This document shows positions 50,376 through 59,095 of a DNA stretch of 64,000 nt, one piece after another; the stretch's first letter is position 1; every line of letters begins with the position of its first letter. The DNA is from Candidatus Micrarchaeota archaeon. GTDB taxonomy: Archaea > Micrarchaeota > Micrarchaeia > Micrarchaeales > Micrarchaeaceae. The DNA lies in assembly GCA_021785805.1 (NCBI GenBank), contig JAJYEJ010000001.1, positions 1,940-65,939 on the forward strand, written 5' to 3'. The position numbers and the translations under genes were made by a program. The notes beneath the pieces were generated by a model. It was not told the DNA's origin. It saw only the letters and a program-made list of their open reading frames with translations, and did not search any database.

Positions 50376-51572
50376 TCACACGAATAGCCCGGCGAACACC
50401 TTTGCATCGTCAACCATGTCCTTTATCCTCAGGAACTCGTTGGGCTGGTGGGCTATATCTTCACCTGTGAACCACACCACGGAATCGAACCCTTTCCTCC
50501 TGAAGAACGCGGCACATGTGCCTCCGCCTATCCCTATAGGGATGGCGTCTATCCCCCTCTGGGACTTAAGCACACCCTTTAGGAGTACGACCACCTCTGA
50601 ATTCTCGCTTGTGGGTTTCGTCGCCTCTTCTTTCTGTATCTGCTCGAATTGTATCTGCACTGGAGAGAACTCCGGGCTCTTCGCTACGGCTTCTATGTCA
50701 TTCATCACGTCGTCGATCCTGTAGTCCGGAAGTATCCTACAATCTAGATACGACACCTCCTTCCCGGGCACTATGTTGGTGCTGTCTATGTTCTTCTCGT
50801 GCTTGGTCATCTCGAATGTCGACTTCGGGGTGTTGAACATGCCATTAGACTTAGTGTACTTGCTGTGCAGCAGCTCGTCCACCTTGTTCAGGAACCTTAT
50901 GGAGTACCTATATGCGTTGACACCCATATCCGGCGTGCTGGCGTGCACCTGTCGCCCATTGAACGTTATCTTCAGCCAGAGTGAGCTCTTCTCGGCGACC
51001 TCTATCGCCTTCCCGTCAGCCGTGCTCGAGTCCGGAACGAAGAACATGTCCTCTTTCCCGAAGATGTTCTCCCCTAGGAGTTTCTGTATCCCGTACTTGC
51101 TGCCCAGCTCTTCATCGGCCACGAATACGAGCCCGAAGTTGTACTTCATGTTTGATCGCGACTCCTTGAGCGCCTTCAACGCATACATGCTTGAGACCAA
51201 TGGCTGCCCGTCGTCGATCGTGCCTCTCCCGTAGATCATACCATCGGTTATCGTCGCCTTGAACGGGTCGGTCTTCCATAGGCTTAGGTCTCCTTCCGAT
51301 ACCGTGTCCATATGCGAGACCACCCATATTGTGCGATCTTTGTCCCCGAATTTGACTACAAGGTTTGGCCTTCCCACGCCATGCTCATCCTTGTAATCGT
51401 ATCTATCGGTCTTGAATCCCCACGACTCCAGGATTGATTGCAGGAAATCTGCCCTTTTCCCCTCCCCCTCTCCGCCGCTTGCGGGCGATATCGCCTTTAT
51501 CGCTATCATCTTCGATATGGTGTCTACCATGCCCTGCTCATATGAACCAATAAGCTCGTTTAGTTCTACCAT
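50376..51572 (-). CDS. M20 family metallohydrolase (ArgE/DapE-like)
   Basis: SHMDTV, YGRGTIDD, ADEE, AHQPNE. Confidence 0.92.
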   Translation of the reverse strand: MVELNELIGSYEQGMVDTISKMIAIKAISPASGGEGEGKRADFLQSILESWGFKTDRYDYKDEHGVGRPNLVVKFGDKDRTIWVVSHMDTVSEGDLSLWKTDPFKATITDGMIYGRGTIDDGQPLVSSMYALKALKESRSNMKYNFGLVFVADEELGSKYGIQKLLGENIFGKEDMFFVPDSSTADGKAIEVAEKSSLWLKITFNGRQVHASTPDMGVNAYRYSIRFLNKVDELLHSKYTKSNGMFNTPKSTFEMTKHEKNIDSTNIVPGKEVSYLDCRILPDYRIDDVMNDIEAVAKSPEFSPVQIQFEQIQKEEATKPTSENSEVVVLLKGVLKSQRGIDAIPIGIGGGTCAAFFRRKGFDSVVWFTGEDIAHQPNEFLRIKDMVDDAKVFAGLFV

Positions 51573-51747
51573 GCTGACACCCACCAGATATGAGTATTCT
51601 ATCCTAAACGTATAATAAGTTGGTGTGCGACTCCGTCATATTCTTATCCGACAAGCCCGGATGCGGACCGTGAATTACAGTGTTCCGGATTTATGGAATA
51701 ATGTTAAATAACCTTGGTGATATTCTTTTCTTGCGACCGGTGATAGC

Positions 51748-52221
51748 ATGTCGATAAAGTATTGGGAGTATGAAGATGCACCGATGAAGGACAAGCTGAA
51801 GAAGGTAAATGTCAAGGATGTCGCCAGCATATTCTTCGATAACGAGACCGAGGCTTACAGATTCTCCGTGCTGCTGCTTGAGGTTAAGAAGAAAGGCGCG
51901 CTAAGGCTGAAGGAGGTGCCGAAGATGATACCCATAGCCACTGCAAAGCGTTACCTTGATTATGGTGTTGAGATAGGACTGTTGAAACATGAGAACAGCG
52001 CATATGCGCTTACCGATAGGTTCTCCAGGCCTTTCAGGAATATTGCCACATACATAAAGGCGTGGATGGACAGCCAGGCCGAGGAGGAGCTTAACACGCA
52101 GTTCATAAGCGCAAAAACCGACAAACAGATAAAGCGCGGGGGCAGGGTAAAGACCGATTCTGAGGATACGGTTAAGGAGGCAGCCCCAGCCGCAGAGACG
52201 GAGGAAGCGATCAACCCATAG
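51748..52221 (+). CDS. Hypothetical protein, possible winged helix
   Basis: GGTGA RBS; IATAKRYLDYGVEIGLL...YALT pattern. Confidence 0.7.
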   Translation: MSIKYWEYEDAPMKDKLKKVNVKDVASIFFDNETEAYRFSVLLLEVKKKGALRLKEVPKMIPIATAKRYLDYGVEIGLLKHENSAYALTDRFSRPFRNIATYIKAWMDSQAEEELNTQFISAKTDKQIKRGGRVKTDSEDTVKEAAPAAETEEAINP

Positions 52222-52227
52222 TGAGGA

Positions 52228-53109
52228 CTACACGAATGTGGAGAGCGGAACGGTCTTTTCCGGGTCCGGCTTGATACGGCTTACATGGTAGTCGCTGCCT
52301 ACTGCGAGCTTGCCATCTTCACTTAACACTATGCCTGAATGGCTGAGCAAGTTAGTCTTTTCCTTGCCCTGCCTTATCCATCCTCGCGCCAGTTCCCCCA
52401 GCAGCCTCTTCCCGTGCGATGTAGTGGAGAATAGGAGCTGCGACGTGTCCTTCATCGAAAGGGACATTATCAGGGAGGATCCGACATCCACGAACATATA
52501 GTCCAGAAGCCGCGCCAGGGAGCGCAATGCCTCCTCTTCTCTAATGCCAAAGGTCCGCATGGCTTCCGTTACCAATGATGCCTGGTGCCTTCCGGAGCCA
52601 TTCAGCAATATCAGTATGCCTATATCAGTGGCGCCTATGCATTCGCCATCAGGCTCCGCATCGACATTCGCCACAGCAGTGGATGCAAACAGGGTGTCCG
52701 TTATCTCTGCGATCTGACCTGCAAGGACCTTGCTTATGTTCGCCAGTGCCTTTTCCCTATCGTCGGTCGCCTTGTCGTTGCGAAGCAGCCAGTCCAGCGC
52801 CTTCCTGTTTTTAGCGGTAAGCGTAAATGCGGTGACAGGCACAGGTTCCTGCGCGCCAGACGTAGACGGTATGCTTAAGTCCACAGTGCCTACCCTCTCT
52901 GCGCTCCTGAGTTCGGTCAACACGCTCTTTGGCAGATCATAACTGGTATCGCTGTCAAGCCAATCCACCCACAGGTTGGTTAATGCACCCATATAGTGCA
53001 GGGTGAGAAGCGCCTTCGCCGCCTGTGGGTCGCGTTTTACTATGCTGTCATCCCTTAGACTGCCTCTCCTCTTTTTGCCTACGTTGGATATCCCTCTGGT
53101 AACCGACAT
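52228..53109 (-). CDS. Hypothetical protein
   Basis: ~290 aa ORF; no recognised motif. Confidence 0.65.
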   Translation of the reverse strand: MSVTRGISNVGKKRRGSLRDDSIVKRDPQAAKALLTLHYMGALTNLWVDWLDSDTSYDLPKSVLTELRSAERVGTVDLSIPSTSGAQEPVPVTAFTLTAKNRKALDWLLRNDKATDDREKALANISKVLAGQIAEITDTLFASTAVANVDAEPDGECIGATDIGILILLNGSGRHQASLVTEAMRTFGIREEEALRSLARLLDYMFVDVGSSLIMSLSMKDTSQLLFSTTSHGKRLLGELARGWIRQGKEKTNLLSHSGIVLSEDGKLAVGSDYHVSRIKPDPEKTVPLSTFV

Positions 53110-53357
53110 TTGATGCCTCTCTGGATTAAACAGCACAATGCATCAGAAACACCTAATATTTATTATTTATGAACGGCGGTCCGCATATGGATGGAGGAGG
53201 GGATGCGCAGCGAATGGAAGCAGAGGAGGCTTTCGAGGGTATTTAAAGCTTGCCACGCCGTTTAAGCAAAACGGCATCTATAATAATCTGCTTCTGAAGC
53301 GGAACAACCGCATGCGCCTTTTTATTGCCACATTGTTATAGTCCTATGGTGATACCC

Positions 53358-53534
53358 ATGGCAAAGAGTTTCGCATGCAAAGACATAGGGATGTCTTGTG
53401 GCTTCAAGGCAAGGGCTGAAAGCGAGAAAGAATTAATGATGAAGATAGCAGACCATGCCAAGAAAGCGCATAAGATGGAGCAGATCGACGACGCGACGAT
53501 GTCGAAAGTCAAGGCCGCGATAAAGGAGGCCTAG
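53358..53534 (+). CDS. DUF1059-like small metal-binding protein
   Basis: FACKDIGMSCGF..ELM..IADHAKKAH; GGTGA RBS; T-tract after stop. Confidence 0.85.
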   Translation: MAKSFACKDIGMSCGFKARAESEKELMMKIADHAKKAHKMEQIDDATMSKVKAAIKEA

Positions 53535-53574
53535 CTGATTTTTCTTTCTTTTTCCCTTTTATCCCATTTTACCA

Positions 53575-54507
53575 TTATTGCGTGCCGGCCGGTTGTGGAT
53601 TATGGTCATGGTTGTGGCTGTTTGATGGAGCCGCAAGCATCTCCTCTATATCAGGCATCCTCCTGTACTTGATCCTGCGGTAGGCATTCATTATCCTGGA
53701 CTTTATCTTTCCTATAAGCGAGGTGCTGACTATCTCGTACCTTACGAATATCAGGTTCTGCAATCGTTTGAGGTCATTCGCCCAATCCAGCAGTTTCTCT
53801 CCGCTATGAAGAAGCCTTCTTTTTGCGGTCGCCTGGACCGTCGCTCTCTTGATGTTGTTTTTCTCTTCAAGAAGGCCCGGAAGCGAGAACCCGAAAGATG
53901 CAAGTGTCACAATCGGTATCACCTTTGACGCCAGGTTAAGCGTACTTGACGGAATGACCGACAGGCCCTCGAGAGAGATATCGACGAACTCCGATGCCAT
54001 GCCGGCGGTCAATATCGTAAAGCTCAACAGGGACTTCGCCCTGCTTGCGGAGATTTCGGCGAGCACCTCGTTGGTCAGGAGCTGGTCCTTTGCCACCTTA
54101 TGGAACGCGGCGAACTGGTCATTGTCTGCTTCGAGCTCCTTCCTTCTCCTGTCTATGTAGCTACTGTACTTCGCCTTGTCCGCAGGGGAAAGATCCGACA
54201 ATGACACCTCGTCTTCTATGGCATCAAGGACTGCAAGCTCTTTCTCCACCCCCAATTTACGGTATATCCTCAACACACCGTATCTGCCTACCCTGTCCTC
54301 TTGATCCCTGAGGTCGCCCCTTAGGCCTATCTGTGAGGAGCGTGCAACACCGGATATCCTGGCGGTATCAGCCTTCACCGCGCCAACGGTCTTCCAGAAT
54401 TCCGATTCGAAAGCCTCTGGACCTAGCCTGTCCGGATTAGGCATGACGAGCTCTCTGTTACCCACCACGACCGTAGTTACTTTCTCCCTTCTCCTAGCCA
54501 CATACAT
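53575..54507 (-). CDS. Hypothetical protein with two hydrophobic segments
   Basis: 310 aa ORF, coiled region plus two putative TM helices. Confidence 0.65.
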   Translation of the reverse strand: MYVARRREKVTTVVVGNRELVMPNPDRLGPEAFESEFWKTVGAVKADTARISGVARSSQIGLRGDLRDQEDRVGRYGVLRIYRKLGVEKELAVLDAIEDEVSLSDLSPADKAKYSSYIDRRRKELEADNDQFAAFHKVAKDQLLTNEVLAEISASRAKSLLSFTILTAGMASEFVDISLEGLSVIPSSTLNLASKVIPIVTLASFGFSLPGLLEEKNNIKRATVQATAKRRLLHSGEKLLDWANDLKRLQNLIFVRYEIVSTSLIGKIKSRIMNAYRRIKYRRMPDIEEMLAAPSNSHNHDHNPQPAGTQ

Positions 54508-54547
54508 AAGTATCGTAATCGATGGTATATGTCCTGATATTTAAGCG

Positions 54548-54883
54548 TTGTTTTACGACTTCGTCTGCCTTTCTAAACTAGACTGTTCTGGCGAAACCCT
54601 TGGGACATTGCCGCACGAGGCCGACAGGTTCGCCACTATTGTGGAAGACGAGCCGATAGGGAAGGCGCTTTTCAATGAGAGCCAGCTTGAGGCTACGCTT
54701 GCCGCGCTTGTCGCAGAGGTAGTGGAGATGAAGTCTCTAACCAATATGGACCTGGCCCAGATGAACTGGACGCCTTATGAGCAGATGACGCAGGTGGTGG
54801 AGCTGCCGGACGTCGAATCTCGCGTATATGCAAGAGCCGTTAAGGAGACCCGGTCTGCACATGGGCTCGGCATCTGCACATAG
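54548..54883 (+). CDS. Hypothetical protein
   Basis: 111 aa ORF just outside the att site. Confidence 0.35.
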   Translation: MFYDFVCLSKLDCSGETLGTLPHEADRFATIVEDEPIGKALFNESQLEATLAALVAEVVEMKSLTNMDLAQMNWTPYEQMTQVVELPDVESRVYARAVKETRSAHGLGICT

Positions 54884-54919
54884 AAAGGAACAGTAATGAT
54901 TGGCTTTCCCATAAGCACA

Positions 54920-54954
54920 AGGCGGGCCCGGCGGGATTTGAACCCGCGACCTAC
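54920..54954. repeat. att site: duplicated 3' end of tRNA-Arg
   Basis: aggcgggcccggcgggatttgaacccgcgacctac, identical to 59910-59944. Confidence 0.95.
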
Positions 54955-55018
54955 TGAAGCACTAGAATTTACGCCGTAAATTCCCAAACTAGTAAAATCC
55001 TGCATTTTACGCACCCTC

Positions 55019-55036
55019 AATCGAACCCGACATTCC
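55019..55036. repeat. 18-bp subterminal direct repeat, copy 1
   Basis: aatcgaacccgacattcc, identical to 59878-59895. Confidence 0.85.
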
Positions 55037-55066
55037 AAGCAGAATATGAAAACTGAACCTTAAATA

Positions 55067-55798
55067 TCAAGCGGGTTCAGTTTTGGTGGCCTGCTTCGTC
55101 TCATTTTGGTTTTTGAATTGTTGCCTGGCTTCTTTTGGAACTTTTGGCCAGTGGAGTTTTTCTAAAATGTGGCTCGCTTTCGCTTTAAAAATCGGATTCA
55201 AGTCAAAGTCTTGTTTTGTCGCCAAAATTCCTAGCGTCGTGCAGAAGAATACAACGATATTTGCCCCATGTTCTTTTAATAGGTCAAATACTACCTGCGT
55301 AGTGGCCCCACTAGTCGTTGCATTGTCAAAAACAAGAATATTTTTGCCTGTGAGCTCTCTAGTAACGTCTAAAGAGTCTTTAATGTTTAGAATCCTCTCT
55401 TCCTTTGTTTTAATCCCATGCTGCGCCGCTGTAGTCCGTATGCGTTTTATTGTGTTCGTATCTACAGGCACATGAGTTTTTTCGCCAAATGTTGTAGCGA
55501 GCGAAATCATATTTTGATTGATTGTGTCCTTTTCATGTTTCGGTATCACACAGATAAGGTCAAAACTTATGTCATCTTTGAATCGTTCAACATAGAGGTT
55601 ATAAAAACGATTTAAAAAATAGTCTGAATCATTTCCGTATTTGTAGAAGTACACCGCTCTTTTGGTGAAAGGATCATCTACTGTACTCTTTGGCACATGG
55701 TGCCCAAGTCCAAAAACAGGAACAACTTTGTTGCAGTGCTTACATTTTTGGCCTCTGTAGTACGAGTATTCGTATCCGGGTTCTATCTTGTTCATCAT
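55067..55798 (-). CDS. ComF-like phosphoribosyltransferase (ShosT-like)
   Basis: N-terminal CKHC; RIRTTAAQH..ERILNIKDS; PRPP loop ILVFDNATTSGATT; LKEHGA. Confidence 0.82.
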   Translation of the reverse strand: MMNKIEPGYEYSYYRGQKCKHCNKVVPVFGLGHHVPKSTVDDPFTKRAVYFYKYGNDSDYFLNRFYNLYVERFKDDISFDLICVIPKHEKDTINQNMISLATTFGEKTHVPVDTNTIKRIRTTAAQHGIKTKEERILNIKDSLDVTRELTGKNILVFDNATTSGATTQVVFDLLKEHGANIVVFFCTTLGILATKQDFDLNPIFKAKASHILEKLHWPKVPKEARQQFKNQNETKQATKTEPA

Positions 55799-55894
55799 CC
55801 CTACCTACTATACATCTTTTTTGGTCGCCCATCATCCTCGCCTATCGCCTTCTACTTAATGCTTAGGGGAACAAGTATTTAAAGATTTCCTTCT

Positions 55895-55927
55895 ACAATA
55901 TATTGTGTTTTATGCAATATATTGCAT
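55895..55927. promoter_or_regulatory. Paired palindromic operator-like sites
   Basis: ACAATATATTGT (55895-55906) and ATGCAATATATTGCAT (55912-55927) in the divergent intergenic region, downstream of TTTAAA. Confidence 0.6.
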
Positions 55928-55964
55928 TCATGTGTTTAGGTGAATTTGGTGTTGGTGTTGGCTT

Positions 55965-56882
55965 GTGGGCGTAGCGTGGGAACTATCTGACGAAGAACTC
56001 GTTAAATGGCTTAAACTAACCGTTGTCAAAAGTGGCCTTGGCCCGGTTAGAATTCAGAAGCTTTTTACAACCTTTAAAAATCTAAGCGGCATTTACAACG
56101 CAACAAGAGCAGAGTTACTTGATAGCAGGATAGTTAACGAAAAGATAGTTGACAGTTTCGAAAAGCTAAAATCTGCGAATGATAGTAATTTTTACCAGCT
56201 AATCGAAACGTGCCGTGAAAATAACTTTAAGGTTTTTACCTATATAAATAAAGATTATCCGGAAAAGCTCAAAAATATCCCATCGCCGCCGCTGACCTTA
56301 TATCTTTCAGGCGACGAAAAAATAATCAGCAGTTTCCCATCAATTGGGATAGTAGGGACGCGTGAACCATCCAAACAGGCAAGAGATTTGGCCTACAGCT
56401 ATAGCAAATCGCTCAGTGATCGTAATATAACCGTAATTAGTGGAGGAGCAATAGGGATTGATACTGCTGCGCATTTTGGTGTTTTAGACTCTAAATATAA
56501 GAAAACAATATGTATTCTAGCATCTGGATTTTTACAGCCTTATCCGCCAGAAAACAAAGAACTTTTTAAAAATATAGTTGAAGCGGGGGGATTACTTATA
56601 AGTGAGAATTCACCAAATTTCCCTGGCACTAAAATATCATTAGTTCAAAGGAACAGAATAACTTCTGGTTTGGCTGACGCTATCTTCATAGTTGCTGCAA
56701 AGGGGACTGGAGGTGGGCTAGAGCAAGTCAAAATAGCAAGTAAACAGCGCAAACCAATCTTCTGCACAAAACTTAATCCTGACATAATACCGAATGAAGG
56801 AATAAAGATAGCCATAGAGCAATACAAAGCCATAGAAGTAGAAAATGTTGATCAGCTGGTAAACTACATACACTCTGACTGA
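55965..56882 (+). CDS. dprA: DprA/Smf family protein (ShosA-like)
   Basis: YPEKLKNIPSPPLTLY, IVGTR, ISGGAIGIDTAAH, GLLISE, QRNRITSGL. Confidence 0.93.
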   Translation: MGVAWELSDEELVKWLKLTVVKSGLGPVRIQKLFTTFKNLSGIYNATRAELLDSRIVNEKIVDSFEKLKSANDSNFYQLIETCRENNFKVFTYINKDYPEKLKNIPSPPLTLYLSGDEKIISSFPSIGIVGTREPSKQARDLAYSYSKSLSDRNITVISGGAIGIDTAAHFGVLDSKYKKTICILASGFLQPYPPENKELFKNIVEAGGLLISENSPNFPGTKISLVQRNRITSGLADAIFIVAAKGTGGGLEQVKIASKQRKPIFCTKLNPDIIPNEGIKIAIEQYKAIEVENVDQLVNYIHSD

Positions 56883-57089
56883 TGACTGCACAAAACCTCC
56901 GACGGAAGCCAAAAATGTCATATTTTTGTCGTCGAGGTTGTGCACACAAGGTAAACCACTGCGCAGCTGGCTGCACTGCACTTACTGCACTCAAACCTTG
57001 TTAGAAAAGCCGGTCTGACTGCAGTAAAACTCCGTCGAAGCCAAAAAATACCCGATTTTTGTCGACGGAGCACTGACAACAAGGGAAAC
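56883..57089. repeat. Two imperfect ~74-bp direct repeats, each a hairpin
   Basis: 56883-56956 and 57016-57089 share TGACTGCA..GAAGCCAAAAA..ATTTTTGTCG..CAAGG-AAAC. Confidence 0.75.
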
Positions 57090-57316
57090 GAATGCAGTTT
57101 CCGTGTGCAGTCAGTCAGTTCCTCGCCTGCTCCGCAGGCTCGTCCCGTCGCTTTTGCCCCGCCTGAAAGCGACCCAAGCTTCTTGATGAAACTTCTTTCC
57201 AAGAAATTTCCATGGGTGCCCTTAAACTGCTAGTTGGCTAGCTTAAACGAGCGTTGGCGAGAACGGAACCGCCCCTCACGTTGGTGAGGGCTGCGGTGGA
57301 GTAAAGGGCAGAGATT

Positions 57317-59071
57317 TTATGTTAAAATAGAGAGAAAAGCAGCAATTACGGTTCTTTTTCTTTCTGTTATGAATGTTGTAAAATCATCATTCAAAAGAGC
57401 ATCGAAGGCAGAAGACGATATAAGATGAGTCTCTAACCTATCACGCATTTGTCTTTCTGTGAGCCCAAATTCACGCATAATCTCATTAATGTATTGTGAT
57501 GGTTTCTTTGCTCGGATGTAATTTCTGTTTGTGTCAGCATCCAGCAGTGTCATATTAAGGATTGAATTGATTTGGTCATCAGATGCTCCGAACTCTCGCG
57601 CTCTGGACTCTGGGAAAATATGATGTGCATCTATTGTGTTAAATGTCGTTATTGTATTCTGCACAAAATCTCGACCGCCTTTTAAGGCTATTAGACATAG
57701 GATGCCTTTGTAGAGTGCATCGGATCCAGTAACTAATTGTTCTAAAGTAATCACGTTGGGATTCGCTAGATTCGCTTTAGCCTCTATAACAACTTGTGGG
57801 AGACTGCTGTTATCGGTAAACCATCTATTAACTGCGTTATAATCGATATATGTTTGTGTATCTGTTGAGCCTGCGTATGCATGTGTTATTATTGCCGACC
57901 AGTACCATTTTATAATCTTTTTGTTCATTTCAGCTCTTGCTCTTCCTTTTGCTTTGGAGAAAAGAGCCGCTAGTATCGGTAATGATTGCCTAAACGGAAC
58001 AAGATTTCTAGTTAGAACACCAAACCCGTCATTAACGCTACGGGTTTCTTTCAACATTTTGAGCATAGACTCAGTGTCTCCTACTGCTGCAGTCCAGTCA
58101 GTTTCAAATTTTCTTGAAGATAAATCAAGAAGTTCATCACTTTTAACGGGCTTGCCTCTTTTAAGAGCTAAAGTTTGAACAATGTACAATGGAAACCTAT
58201 CATTTCCTTCGCTAAATTCCTTTATCAGAGCATTGTTCCTAGCAGAAGTCTTCCATAATTCGCGAGGTTTTATATTATGTTTTATCATACGAGCGTTTAA
58301 CAAATCAAACGTCGTCAGATCAAGTCCCATAGTATTGAGTTTCTCAAATATTTTTGCAACATTACCTATGCTGATTTCGGAAGGTAGTTTTATTATGGGA
58401 ATTTCGAAATCTTTGAGCAGAAACTCAAGATGTTTCGAAACAGAATCAGAAAGCTTGTTTGCGTTTTCAGGAGTAGAATGTTCTACCGTCTTTAAAAATG
58501 CTTCGAAATCATAACACCATCGACTTACTGTTTCCAGTTCTTTGAGTGGGAATGTTCGTGTAGCAAATTGATTTTGTTTGTCATTAAGATTTTTTCTTGT
58601 TATCTCATCATCAGTATAAGAAACAACTAATTTTTCATCCTCTACCTTTGCTTTTCCATCGAGTTTTAACATTTCTTTAATGTCGATAAAGAACCTTATC
58701 GGTTTTTTCATGCCCCATAACGGTATGTTCGGAGCTTTTATAACATAATAAAGTGCCGATACTCTTTGCTGTCCATCTAAAATCAAATATCTTGGGTTTG
58801 TTGGCAATCGCGTTCCATATATTGGTCCGAAGGCCATATCAGTAGTTCTATCAATAGACCAGAATAACAAAGAACCAATATAGTAGCCTCGTAGCATTGA
58901 GACTAGAAGGTCAGTAACATTAGATCTTCGCCACTCAAATTCTCTTTGAAATTCAGGAATGCCCAAATCATCGTTTTCTATATAAGCCAGAATGTCTTTG
59001 ACTCTTTTTTTCTCGGGTTCTTCCAATCTCATTAATGTACTTGGTGTTATTCCTGGCATATAGACCGCCAC
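57317..59071 (-). CDS. DUF262 + HNH (DUF1524-like) GmrSD-type nuclease
   Basis: IPEFQREFEW, LILDGQQR, IFEKLNTMG; C-terminal DAHHIFP..NMTLL..TN. Confidence 0.88.
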   Translation of the reverse strand: MAVYMPGITPSTLMRLEEPEKKRVKDILAYIENDDLGIPEFQREFEWRRSNVTDLLVSMLRGYYIGSLLFWSIDRTTDMAFGPIYGTRLPTNPRYLILDGQQRVSALYYVIKAPNIPLWGMKKPIRFFIDIKEMLKLDGKAKVEDEKLVVSYTDDEITRKNLNDKQNQFATRTFPLKELETVSRWCYDFEAFLKTVEHSTPENANKLSDSVSKHLEFLLKDFEIPIIKLPSEISIGNVAKIFEKLNTMGLDLTTFDLLNARMIKHNIKPRELWKTSARNNALIKEFSEGNDRFPLYIVQTLALKRGKPVKSDELLDLSSRKFETDWTAAVGDTESMLKMLKETRSVNDGFGVLTRNLVPFRQSLPILAALFSKAKGRARAEMNKKIIKWYWSAIITHAYAGSTDTQTYIDYNAVNRWFTDNSSLPQVVIEAKANLANPNVITLEQLVTGSDALYKGILCLIALKGGRDFVQNTITTFNTIDAHHIFPESRAREFGASDDQINSILNMTLLDADTNRNYIRAKKPSQYINEIMREFGLTERQMRDRLETHLISSSAFDALLNDDFTTFITERKRTVIAAFLSILT

Positions 59072-59095
59072 ATTTGGATAAAAATTGTGTTTTGG

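Larger units (their letters stand above)
54920..55038 (-). pseudogene. Integrase N-terminal fragment Int(N)
   Basis: (TTG 55038/ATG 55005) MQDFTSLGIYGVNSSAS-VGRGFKSRRARL reads through att in the same frame as Int(C). Confidence 0.75.

Noticed and set aside
54920..54954. A second tRNA gene
   Set aside because: Only the 3' T-arm/acceptor part is present; it is the att duplication
56883..57089. CRISPR array
   Set aside because: Only two long imperfect units and no cas genes; no array seen anywhere in the window
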